Assembly: GCA_002269645.1 (NCBI GenBank)
Contig: NIVC01000218.1
Coordinates: 328,407 to 392,406, forward strand
Source: Macrostomum lignano
Taxonomy: Eukaryota
Length of the DNA stretch: 64,000 bases
Direction of reading: 5' to 3'
Positions 53,336 through 64,000 of this stretch are shown in pieces. Under the pieces are notes generated by a model. The model did no database searches. It was not told where the DNA came from and saw only the letters and a program-made list of their open reading frames with translations. Position 1 is the stretch's first letter. Each line of letters opens with the position of its first letter. The position numbers were made by a program, and so were the translations under genes.

Positions 53336-55490
53336 AAATTCCTTAATCCGTGTGTCAATAAAGCAATTTATGGGCGTGTCAAAAGGTCAAAAACTTATCT
53401 ATTGATTCGATCCCGGATACCATGACTACTCGTATGCGAAATTGCAGGAGCTCGTGTGCATGAGGTGGCATTTGGATAGTACTGTATTTAAATGTACAAT
53501 TAATTTAGTATTCATGTGTTTTCAACTTGTATTAACTTAAAATACTTGTATAAATTACAATGGTTAGTTCTGTAATTCAATGCATCATGATTTTATTTAT
53601 TAGATACTTTTAATTCTTTCAGTATCTGAGATATGACTTTTGTGCTGTATATGAACGGAAATATAGACAAAATTATCAAAACAGACAAGGTTAAATTGTA
53701 AGAATTTACTTTAAAATAGATAAGTTTTATGTAAGTTTCATTAGTGATGTATAATCATACTAATTGTCTTAATAAGACGATAATTTTTTGTTAGGAGAAT
53801 ATTATCGCAAACTGTTATACTGTTTTACTTGGCTTGTTTTGAAAAGGTTAAAACAAATTTATTTTATTACGAGGTTCCAATATTCTGTTGCTTCAATTTT
53901 TTTTCTTGTTTTGCAGAGTTTGTGCTATTTCGTTTTCATGCATTCGCTTTCATCGTTCTCTCAGAAAGGCAGAACATAATACGAAAAATCATAAGTTTTT
54001 GTACTATAATCATTAAGACTTTAACTGTTTCTGTAGCTCAATTAGTTTTATGTCATTTGTAAACCAGAGTGTACTCTTGAATATTTGAGTATTGCACAGT
54101 ATTAGAAAATATTAATTGACTACTTGAGCATACTGTAGATTACTACTGCGCTTTTTCAGAACAGGAAAAAATCCACTCAAGCATCCAATTTGGAATTCAA
54201 ACTTGCGTTTAGATTAATTATATAAATACTGCTGTCTATTCCGCCTTCCACACATGCTTGGGATTCTTTAAAATAAACAGCTAAATAGCTTCAATGCATC
54301 CAACATCCGGTTTTTGTAGCTTTTGTAAATTTTGCCTCCCACCAGTACGAACTAACAAAGTGTTGCACATGCAGTTGCTCTTGATAAAAAAGTTTTGGTA
54401 ATGTTTGTGTCGATGCATGCTGTATTGTCGATGCAAATATTGTAATATTTTAAAATCAAAATATAATTTATGCATGAATCTATAATTGTCGATCTTGTTT
54501 TTCGCATCTATATGAAGTCTTTGTAATATTCTGTACACAATACAAACTGTCGATGTAATGCGCTGTGATGGTAGAGCTCGAGTATATCGATGAGAGTGAA
54601 TTCGAGAGTAAGGAAAGAAGACAAAGACCAAGACAAAAGTGCACGTAAAGAATACAAAAATTGAGTGGTTTGTTATTAGTAAATTTAGCAATAATTACAT
54701 TAAAACACGTAGGACTATGAACGTTCCTATAGCTAGCTTATTGAGCGCAGCCTTTAGTAGCTATTAGCTAGCTAATTTAGCTACATTTAAAAATTTTAAT
54801 CTCAAGCTGTTTCTGCAACGACTTCATCGTATTAATTAATTTACTAGGCCCAAAGCGTAATGTAAGAGAGTGAAGCTAAAGTGATTGTGACTTTTATTTC
54901 TCTTTCTTAACTTTCTTATCAGTTGTACATGTACTGTACATGTTCATCTTTGGTAACTTAAATGGCAGCATTTATTGAGAGACTGTTTTGAAGATGAAAC
55001 TGACAACAGCTATGCCAAACAAAAATTTAGCGTTTGGGGTATTAACTGCGCCGCCTTACCTTAGCAAAATCCATGCACTGTTCCTATGTATTACCGCAGC
55101 ACACTGTTATACTTGAAGAGCTCTCAGAGAATCGATTTTTTACGCGATTTTAATTTAAAATTTTCAGTAATTTTGATCGGCGCTTATGTCAAGATTGAGA
55201 CATTTCAATCAGTCCTGCCTGCCATTCAATCCATGAAGTGTCTCAATTTTCATGCGCTAAATTTGGGAAAATAACGCTGGCTCCTCGCTAAGTAGCCTTT
55301 CAATCAGACTTTTCACTTGATTTGCAAGTGAAAGTGATTGAGGTTTAATCCTTCGATTTGCACTTGTGCTCACTCTGCTCACCTCTTGTCTGCAGCTGTG
55401 AAAATCGTGAAAATTTTTCTTTGGATTGGAAACACTTCAGCAGATTCTGGTTTAATCTTGCTAATTAAAATTGACTGGAGTTTACAATAT

Positions 55491-55597
55491 TATTTATAAG
55501 CGAATTGCCCGGCTGAAATGCAGTGCGGGTTTCTTTGTTTGGTTTCATTAGAAACGAGTTTCGTAGATTAATTGTCTAACCCTCGAGTTTGGTGAGT
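55491..55597 (+). promoter_or_regulatory. TATA-like box and non-coding exon 1 of peptide gene P1
   Basis: TATTTATAAG at 55491; donor gagtttg|GTGAGT at 55591/55592; acceptor tttcag| at 57166, 3 nt before the ATG. Confidence 0.65.
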
Positions 55598-55734
55598 ATA
55601 GAATGCGTTTTTATTGGCCTTCACGATTGGTTTTTCTCATTTTTTCAAAGAATTACAAATACTCGAGGTGTGCAATTCTGAGATTCTATTTGTACAATTC
55701 TGTACAAATTACAAATATCATACGGAAGCAACAG

Positions 55735-57085
55735 TACAAACACAGAAGAAACAGTACAGACACAGAAGAAACAGTAGCTCGTACAGACACAGAAGAAACA
55801 GTACAAGACACAGAAGAACCATTACAGACACAGAAGAAACAGTACAGACACTGAAGAAACAGTACAGACACTGAAGAAACAGTACAGACAAAGAAGAAAC
55901 AGTACAGACACAGAAGAAACAGTACAAGACACAGAAGAAACAGTACAGACACAGAAGAAACAGTACAAGACACAGAAGAACCATTACAGACACAGAAGAA
56001 ACAGTACAGACACTGAAGAAACAGTACAGACACAGAAGAACCCTTACAGACACAGAAGAAACAGTACAGACACAGAAGAACCATTACAGACACAGAAGAA
56101 ACAGTACAGACACAGAAGAACCAGTATAGACACAGAAGAAACAGTACAGACACAGAAGAAACAGTACAGACACAGAAGAACCATTACAGACACAGAAGAA
56201 ACAGTGCAGACACAGAAGAACCAGTATAGACACAGAAGAAACAGTACAGACACAGAAGAACCATTACAGACACAGAAGAAACAGTACAGACACAGAAGAA
56301 CCAGTATAGACACAGAAGAAACAGTACAGACACGGAAGAAACAGTACAGACACAGAAGAAACAGTACAGACACAGAAGAACCAATACAGACACAGAAGAA
56401 CCATTACAGACACAGAAGAACCCTTACAGACACAGAAGAAACAGTACAGACACAGAAGAACCAATACAGACACAGAAGAACCATTACAGACACAGAAGAA
56501 CCCTTACAGACACAGAAGAAACAGTACAGACACAGAAGAACCATTACAGACACAGAAGAAACAGTGCAGACACAGAAGAACCAGTATAGACACAGAAGAA
56601 ACAGTACAGACACAGAAGAAACAGTACAGACACAGAAGAAACAGTACAGACACAGAAGAAACAGTATACAAGACACAGAAGAACCATTACAGACACAGAA
56701 GAACCATTACAGACACAGAAGAACCATTACAGACACAGAAGAACCCTTACAGACACAGAAGAAACAGTACAGACACAGAAGAACCAGTATAGACACAGAA
56801 GAAACAGTACAGACACAGAAGAAACAGTACAGACACAGAAGAACCAGTATACAAGACACAGAAGAACCATTACAGACACAGAAGAAACAGTACAGACACA
56901 GAAGAACCAGTATAGACACAGAAGAAACAGTACAGACACAGAAGAAACAGTACAGACACAGAAGAACCAGTATACAAGACACAGAAGAACCATTACAGAC
57001 ACAGAAGAAACAGTACAGACACAGAAGAAACAGTACAGACACAGAAGAACCAGTACATACACAGAAGAACCAATACATACACAGA
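55735..57085. repeat. 20-bp minisatellite (acagacacagaagaaacagt) in the 5'-UTR intron of P1
   Basis: Direct reading. Confidence 0.96.
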
Positions 57086-57169
57086 AGTAGATTCAGAAAA
57101 GCATTTAGCTGTAAATAAATCTGATGAATATTCTAGGCTTTTAATGGTTTAACTACCAAGTTTCAGAGA

Positions 57170-57469
57170 ATGTCGCCATCAATCAACAAATTGGTGTACA
57201 GCCTGCTGCTTCTGGGCCTCCTGTGCACCGCCACAACAGTCTCAGCTGACTGCACCAGCAAATGCTTTACTAGCTCCGATTGTCCAGAGTTTTCGGACGA
57301 TGGCGCTTTAAAACTGGCCAAATCGTGCTGGCGTTGGTATTATTCTTGCAAAACTATTGAAGAACAGCCGGTTGACCGTTCCAGCTGTGCTGAATGCGTG
57401 CAGTGCGCCTACACAGCCTGCAATCGGGGAAATGCTCCGCAAAAAATTATCAGCGACTACTGCAAATAA
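57170..57469 (+). CDS. Secreted 10-Cys peptide P1 (99 aa), family not recognised
   Basis: Hydrophobic signal peptide ending ..TTVSA; Cys framework conserved with two paralogs; single coding exon preceded by an acceptor. Confidence 0.88.
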   Translation: MSPSINKLVYSLLLLGLLCTATTVSADCTSKCFTSSDCPEFSDDGALKLAKSCWRWYYSCKTIEEQPVDRSSCAECVQCAYTACNRGNAPQKIISDYCK

Positions 57470-58661
57470 ATATGCAATTGCTAAAATATGTAATTACTAC
57501 AAACAGGCAAAATAGAACGCTTTTTGACGTCACATTGATCGAAAACATGTGTGCATGTAAATGCACATGATGTATATCAATAGAGATAAAGTGAACTTTT
57601 TGAAAGTTGGAATCATACAACGGTGTTAGTGTTTTGACCTTTAATGTCGTATGTTACAAAATATGACGGCTGATTCAAATAAATATTCACGAAGTGGAGA
57701 CGGTGTTGCAATTTTAAATTCTTCTGCCAATGTATTTGTGTGCTTTATAATTAAAAAATTACATTCGCAACGCAATTCGAAAAGTAATACTAGAATGACA
57801 TACTCGTATTTGCAGCCTGAAGCAATGTGTGATGCGCTTTAAAGTGCACCATTTTAAACTATGTTTTTAGCATTGACAGCACGTAGCTCGTAGCTAATCA
57901 CTGAAAACAATGAAGCAAACTAATAAGGTTTATGTTTTTATTTACTGCAGTAGCCAATACGTCATATCATCAATATAAATCGTGCACAAAATAGCGGATA
58001 AACAGTATACGAATTCTGTTGTACGCGATGCTATTTTGATACTACGAGTATTTTATCATTTCCGTTTTAGCAGCGCTACTCCAAGTTTGAATGCTGTAAG
58101 CATTATGGAAGCATTATTGACCGCATTAAGCTTAATCCTATGTACATATTGACATGACACTGTTACACTTCTCTCTGATAGATTTAAACCAACGGTTGCA
58201 AGAAGGAGCCGATTTTGGTTTACTGGAAACTGGTTCAGACCTGCTTGCAGCACAGTTTGTTAAAAAATGACTGAATTGAAGGAGAGTGATCTTACTGAGA
58301 GAAATGAGAAACACAAAAATGCTTTTTAATAGCTAGGATCATATATCTTACATCTTTTCAAATAGAAAGTCATTTCCAATGGTAACAAATGCATCATACG
58401 ACCGTAGAACACTTGTCGAACTCAGTGTCGCTGGGAATATTCTGGGAGTTAAAAATATTATTCTATGTTTTCGCTAGTATATTGAGAACTGTAACTCTAT
58501 TTCTGATCACTAAGTTTGCTGCGATTTGAATTCCTCCCTAGCAGAAGTATAGCTCTTATCAGCAGCTGTCGAAAAATGCACTGCTCACGCCCACTGGCCG
58601 TATAGCTTAGAAACTGCGATTCTGGTCTGATCTGCCAATTCAAGTGGATTTAAATTACGAC

Positions 58662-58774
58662 TATTTAAAAGCCAAATTCTTACTGTAATTAGGAGCGCGT
58701 AAGTCACAATAGTGAAAAAAGACGTTACTTTTTGAGGTTGCTGCAGTATCGAGTCGAACTGAAGTTTGGTAAGC
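58662..58774 (+). promoter_or_regulatory. TATA-like box and non-coding exon 1 of peptide gene P2
   Basis: TATTTAAAA at 58662; donor gaagtttg|GTAAGC at 58768/58769; 124-nt intron ending tttcag at 58892. Confidence 0.7.
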
Positions 58775-58896
58775 GCACTATTGATGAATCAGCTGTTTCG
58801 TGGTGTCCATGTCAACCGTAGTCGAAAGTTATAAGTAAAGTTAAAGTATTATAAACAGCACGTGTCTCTAAAAATACAATCTTTCATTTCAGAACA

Positions 58897-59196
58897 ATGT
58901 CGCCTTCCAGTTTCAAACTGGTGTCAAGCCTGCTGTTTCTCGGCCTCCTGTGCGTGTCAGTGTCCAAAGTCACTGCGAAATGTTCCAGCAAAATCTACAC
59001 AGCCGACGATTGCCCGGAGTTTTCTAACGAAGGCGCCGAATATCTGGCCTACATGTGCAAAATTTGGAGATACCGCTGCCTAAGGAGAGGGAAGTACGTG
59101 CTCGATGCCAGTTGCTCCGACTGCGTCCAGAGCGCCTACACAGCCTGCGATCGGGGCCAGGCGCCGGACTCCAGCAGATTCGAATACTGCTGGTAA
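58897..59196 (+). CDS. Secreted 8-Cys peptide P2 (99 aa), paralog of P1/P3
   Basis: Signal peptide ..SKVTA; CPEFS..GA..LA..C..W.Y.C...C.DCVQ.AY.AC.RG.AP.....EYCW. Confidence 0.88.
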   Translation: MSPSSFKLVSSLLFLGLLCVSVSKVTAKCSSKIYTADDCPEFSNEGAEYLAYMCKIWRYRCLRRGKYVLDASCSDCVQSAYTACDRGQAPDSSRFEYCW

Positions 59197-59679
59197 ACGC
59201 GCACTTGTATTTGATGAAATCCGCGTTAAGCTTATGAAACTGTAAACTGTATTTGGACTGACGGTGTGGGTTAACAATACTAATATTTGCGTGAATTAAA
59301 ACAATACCGAAGCAGTTGGTTTGAAGACAAGAAAATAGAAAATCTTTTGGAAAAAAAGAACTTTTTTGCTGAACACACATCTACGATTTATGTAGCTCGT
59401 ACGTTCAATTATTTACACTAATTCATCACTTGGATATTTCCCGAAGAATGCTTACAGATTTTTTCATTTTTAATTATTATTACATTTTAATTAGCAAGTG
59501 GTAGGACTCAATGGACTTATATTTATTTTATGTAGAAATATTCTTAGCAGAAGACTCTTCCACTACGAGCTAAATAATTCTTCAGAGAATCATGGGAGCA
59601 TACAAAAAAGAAAGATAAAAATGCAACCATAAAATGCGCTATCGCTGAGGTCCTAAACACTACAACTGAGTCACAGGAC

Positions 59680-60110
59680 TTTTCTCAGGACAGCCAACAG
59701 GCAGTCGACGAAAAGCCGAGTGCGCGCCTGTCCTCGCCGCGGTAGGCTGCCTGCAGCTTCAGCAGCAGCACCTGCAGCAGTATGACTGTCAGATGAAGTC
59801 GCTTGGACGCACCAGTCTGGTGCAGTGAGAGTGCCGCGTTGGTGACTCGCTTGTCGCCGATCTTGAAGGCGACGCACAGCAGCATTCGGCTGATTGAGCG
59901 AATCTTTAAACATTCAAGCCTCTCTACTCGTATAGCAGCTTGGACACAAGCCACCGTGTTCGCTCATGCAGCATTACTGTATTGGCATTCAAGACTCACT
60001 TTGATTGCACCAACGAATGTTTTCAGCCATGAATTTCGATTTGCTTATAGTGCATCCTCCTAACACCCATGGCGTAAGTCTGACTGTGCAAGATGAATTA
60101 ACGCCGTTGC
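59680..60110 (-). mobile_element. Decayed RTE-clade LINE 3' fragment (tentative)
   Basis: Minus-strand frames give ..AVRRLQ.. and RRGQARTRLFVDCLL, resembling the post-RT C-terminal segment of RTE ORFs; many frameshifts. Confidence 0.4.
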
Positions 60111-60433
60111 TTGGTTTAGGTCGGTGGGTGATTCGACTCAGACTCTTAGCTTAAGCAACACCTGAGCATTCTGCACCGCCCTCGACGCACCACTCGAAGG
60201 TACGAGTGACGAAATGAGTTGACCAAAAATCCTTCGGAGTTTGGTCTAAGGAGATTCAACGTCATTTTATCATGTTTAGTGATATCATGTGATATCATAA
60301 TATCATATCATTTATCGTGTTTAGTGACCATGACCAGGTGACTTCAAATCATTAATAAATTTAAGCAAACGCGTTCTAATTTTATGAAAATGTACAGCGA
60401 AATAAAATACAGTTGATAGTTCATATGTTGCAA

Positions 60434-60457
60434 CAAGGACTACTTATGTCGTCCTTG
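60434..60457. mobile_element. 24-bp fused-TIR remnant with 8-bp TSD (putative P-type excision footprint)
   Basis: tgttgcaa|caaggactacttatgtcgtccttg|tgttgcaa; the ends match the termini of the 49401-49977 element. Confidence 0.75.
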
Positions 60458-60473
60458 TGTTGCAAGTTTCAGC

Positions 60474-60520
60474 CAAGGACTACTTAACAACTGTTGTTAA
60501 CAGTTGTTAAGTAGTCCTTG
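60474..60520. mobile_element. 47-bp TIR-only remnant with 8-bp TSD
   Basis: gtttcagc|caaggactacttaacaactgtt-gtt-aacagttgttaagtagtccttg|gtttcagc; perfect 22-bp inverted arms. Confidence 0.8.
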
Positions 60521-60953
60521 GTTTCAGCCTAATCCAACAAAATTTTTACTTTTGGCAAGCAATAGTCCCGACACTTTTGCAGAATCCCTCATCAGCTGCT
60601 ATCACTTCTCACACTTTTGACTGGTCCAGTCACAGTCATTTTGACATCTCTGACATCACTGACTATCCATATACTAAAAATCAAATCTAATCATAGAGTA
60701 AAAAAACTAAGCTTCAAAACTAATCTACCGTGAGTCAAAGGCAATTAATTCTTTTATTAAAAAAGAAACTAGAGATCGAACTTTGGAGTAATATTACATT
60801 CACCAAATAAAGTAGTTTCACAAAAGTTGACTAAATTGTTTGGCACTCACCTTCAGCAAGACGTAGCTCTAGTCAACAGCTGTCAATTTCGGAGCGGATT
60901 GCATTACTGAAAAATGTTAGTAAATCCAGTTAATCGAATTGGCTCAAATTTGC

Positions 60954-61064
60954 TATTTAAGAGCGCAATAGCAGACTGCAAGTTTGAGTACGTGCGGTAG
61001 TGGCTTTAAGATTTAGAGTGCTCGCATCAGCGCATCAGTGCCATCCATCCGAAGTTTGGTAAGT
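60954..61064 (+). promoter_or_regulatory. TATA-like box and non-coding exon 1 of peptide gene P3
   Basis: TATTTAAGAG at 60954; donor gaagtttg|GTAAGT at 61058/61059; acceptor ttacag at 61839. Confidence 0.7.
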
Positions 61065-61094
61065 GCGTTGCATACATGAGCTGTGGGGATGCTA

Positions 61095-61752
61095 CGTCAG
61101 GATAGACCACACCTGGATGGACCGCATCAGGATCGACTGCATCAGGATCGACCACATCAGGATAGACTGCATCAGAATAGATCACACCAGGGTAGACCGC
61201 TTCAAAATAGACACATCAGGATAGACCACATCAGGATAGAACACATCAGGATAGACCACATCAGGATAGACCACATCAGGATAGAACACATCAGGATAGA
61301 CCACATCAGGATAGACCACATCAGGATAGACCACATCAGACTAGACCACATCAGGATAGAACACATCAGACTAGACCACATCAGGATAGACCACATCAGA
61401 CTAGACCACATCAGGATAGAACACATCAGACTAGACCACATCAGGATAGAACACATCAGGATAGACCACATCAGAAAGGACCGCATCAAGATATAGACCA
61501 CATCAGGATAGACCACATCAGGATAGACCACATCAGGATAGACCACATCAGGATAGACCACATCAGGATAGACCACATCAGGATAGACCACATCAGGATA
61601 GACCACATCAGGATAGACCACATCAGGATAGACCACATCAGGATAGACCACATCAGGATAGACCACATCAGACTAGACCACATCAGGATAGAACACATAA
61701 GGATAGATCACATCAGAAAGGATCACATCAGGATAGACCACATCAGGATAGA
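61095..61752. repeat. 15-bp minisatellite (catcaggatagacca) in the 5'-UTR intron of P3
   Basis: Direct reading. Confidence 0.96.
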
Positions 61753-61842
61753 AGCAGCAGACGCTTGAAAGACTATTGTCTATGTGTTGTCTATGTATGT
61801 TCTGTTCCAAGTATTTTTTGCAAAATATTACCGTTACAGAAA

Positions 61843-62148
61843 ATGTTGGGGCTATCTAATTGCAAACTGCTGTCCAGCCTGCTAGTTCTAATTTGGTTAG
61901 TCTGCGCTGCTACCTACGTCGGCGCGAACTGCTCAAGCAAGTGCTTCTCGCGATCCGATTGTCCCGATCGGTCGGACGAAGGCGCCGAAAAGCTGGCCAA
62001 ATCGTGCAGGACTTGGAGATACCGATGCCTAATTAATGAGGGGGAGTACGTTTCGGATTCTGCGTGCTCGGATTGCGTCCAGTGCGCCTACGCAGCCTGC
62101 GGCCGGGGAACGGCTCCGGACTCGAGTAGATACGAGTACTGCTGGTAG
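61843..62148 (+). CDS. Secreted 10-Cys peptide P3 (101 aa), paralog of P1/P2
   Basis: True ATG at 61843 (3 nt after the acceptor), not 61765; signal peptide ..TYVGA; same Cys framework. Confidence 0.88.
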   Translation: MLGLSNCKLLSSLLVLIWLVCAATYVGANCSSKCFSRSDCPDRSDEGAEKLAKSCRTWRYRCLINEGEYVSDSACSDCVQCAYAACGRGTAPDSSRYEYCW

Positions 62149-62669
62149 TCGGACGCATGGACGTTAAATATCGTTATTGGAAGGCAGTTTTGATAAGATT
62201 GTACGCGCCTATGGTGTCAGTTAATAACTTATTCATACTACATATATCGTGCAACATGCTGGCGTCCCCTGACGTCAGATTGCTGAACAGGATATTTGCT
62301 ACAACACGACCATCAGAAAATAAATCACTAAAATAGTTGGAACAAGGAATTGAAAACAATTGATAACAGTTAGCGTTGCGATTGTGTCATAAAGTACGAG
62401 CATTCGACTGTTTTTTGTTGTAAATAACTCAAGAAAGCTTGAAAAAAAGTGTAGTTGGTGGCTTCCGATCTAGGCTACTGGTAGATTAATTAATTTTAAG
62501 TGAATTATTTGTAATTCTTGGCTTCAACCGCCAGTTTTCCTGTTATCCTCCCTACTAATCCTAATATAATCGATAAAAAACGAAGACAGGAATCCCAAAA
62601 TAATTAATTTGTTCAAACAAAGACGTCACAATCAATAAAATAGTTAAAGTTTAATCGAGGCACCGTCGT

Positions 62670-63090
62670 GAAGTTGTACGCGAGGACTTTCGCTACCTCG
62701 GTAGTCCTCAGTTCCTTTGCGTCGAGCGCTGACACCATTGGCTTCGACAGAAAGACTCTGAAGACTCTGAGTCATCTGAAGATACGCTTCTGAAGCGCTG
62801 CTACGAGTAGCATAGCCAATCTTTCTGTATGGCGTGGATGCTGAACCAATGACTATGCCGCGAGAGAACAGTTGGACACTCACTAAAGGTCCCTTCTGTG
62901 CTAATTCCCGCTGGGCATACACTATCCGGAAAAGCTGTCGACCTGATATGGCGTCGCCATACAGATGCTGCTTGAACACTGTCTTGAACACGATCGTGAC
63001 GAACGAAAACGCCTGGAGCATGCAGGTCCACATGCATCAGCCTACAAAGCAGTTGCGCCACGGCCAAATCGGTACTGCAAATCAACAGTG
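62670..63090 (+). mobile_element. Decayed RTE-clade LINE reverse-transcriptase 3' fragment
   Basis: Frameshifted motifs EDFRYLGS, LKIRF, FLYGVD, ..QPTKQLRHGQ occur in the order expected for non-LTR RT domain 7 and the downstream RTE region. Confidence 0.55.
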
Positions 63091-64000
63091 AAACTTGATT
63101 TTATAACTTCATCACTACATCAATGAGCCCGTCAATCAAGTAAGAAAATTTCAGTAAAAATGTTTTCATGTTTTAGTTAGAGCAGCCTAATTTTTAGGTA
63201 TTATCCCCTGTCCTCTTGGTGTCGCCAACAGAATTTCGCACTATTGCACACTGCTCTGCCAGGGTAGGCCAGAGTAAGTTGAAGCCAGGAATTTTTACTA
63301 AGCACGTATCAAATTAAAGCTGCCCCCATGTGCACATAAGGAGAGACACTTGAGTGATTTTTCGACTGCAGGGTGTAGCTCATGGCTCGTGCTCCAGTTT
63401 TAGCAACTGTCGAGAGCTCCCACTCTTTCTGGCTCGCGCTTTTTTGGCATTCCAGGTGCACTTGGGTTATTGAGTCGTTCTGAGAGTCTAGAATGGTTAT
63501 ATAGAAAATTTTGAGGGTTTAAACACCAAGTGAAAAAAGGATATAAAGTTCCCTGACAACTGGCGTTAAATTGACAGGCAGTTAGACAAATTTTGATACA
63601 GTCAACGTACGGTTAAAACAATTCGAAACAACTCCCTGATTTGCATCAGTGTCGTAAACGGAATAGCAACTATCAAAACGTAAGTTAAAGTAAAGTCTAT
63701 GGCTAGACCTACCACTATTGCAATTCATAGCTGAAGGCTCGAGGGATTTAATCACATACCGACCTCAAACACATAGAATATCTTATTTAAACTACTTTAA
63801 TTTAGCGGGATGTATTCAGATAAATCCCGGAGCCATACTTGTATGTCTATGGTTGAAGTTGAGGATGGGGGTGTGGGGGCGAAGCCCCTGCTGGGGGTGA
63901 GGGACGAAGCCCCCACATTCTTACCATAGACAAAATTTCATTAAGAAATTTCTCGAGTCACGAAGGAAGAGAAGAGAGAAGCTCGTTTATTTAGATACAT

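Noticed and set aside
55603-57118. Cys-rich (minus) and Gln/Lys-rich (plus) ORFs next to peptide P1
   Set aside because: 20-bp satellite inside the P1 5'-UTR intron; the cysteine richness is an artefact of TGT repeats.
61765-61842. N-terminal extension of the P3 ORF in the track (127 aa)
   Set aside because: Starts at TTG inside the intron; the acceptor at 61839 and the paralog alignment place the start at ATG 61843.
63855-63920. G-rich gggggcgaagcccc / gggacgaagcccc motifs similar to the interior of the hAT MITE
   Set aside because: No TIR pair or TSD could be found within the window; too short to call.

Overview
Repeat-rich invertebrate animal genomic DNA with GT-AG introns and no prokaryotic features. 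The density of minisatellites would fit a Macrostomum-type flatworm, but the species cannot be proven from the window. (1) 1-33.6 kb: a tandem cluster of five core-1 beta-1,3-galactosyltransferase (C1GALT1/T-synthase-like) loci sharing one 4-exon structure. A (-), A' (-) and B' (+) are intact, C (+) is intact except for a missing canonical splice acceptor, and B (+) is a pseudogene. The cluster is built on a ~16.6-kb tandem duplication. (2) 39.2-53.3 kb: a PHLDB/LL5-like coiled-coil + PH-domain gene. (3) 55.5-62.2 kb: three paralogous genes for an unrecognised family of ~100-aa secreted 8-10-Cys peptides, all with the same TATA/non-coding-exon architecture. Mobile DNA includes an internally deleted PIF/Harbinger element (with its empty site visible in the paralogous unit), a hAT MITE, a P-like MITE, two tiny TSD-flanked P-like remnants that look like excision footprints, two tRNA-derived SINEs and two decayed RTE-like LINE pieces. 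Almost every long intron carries its own minisatellite, and several of these are made of splice-site motifs. Most long ORFs in the supplied track are artefacts of these repeats. All exon coordinates were derived by manual reading.
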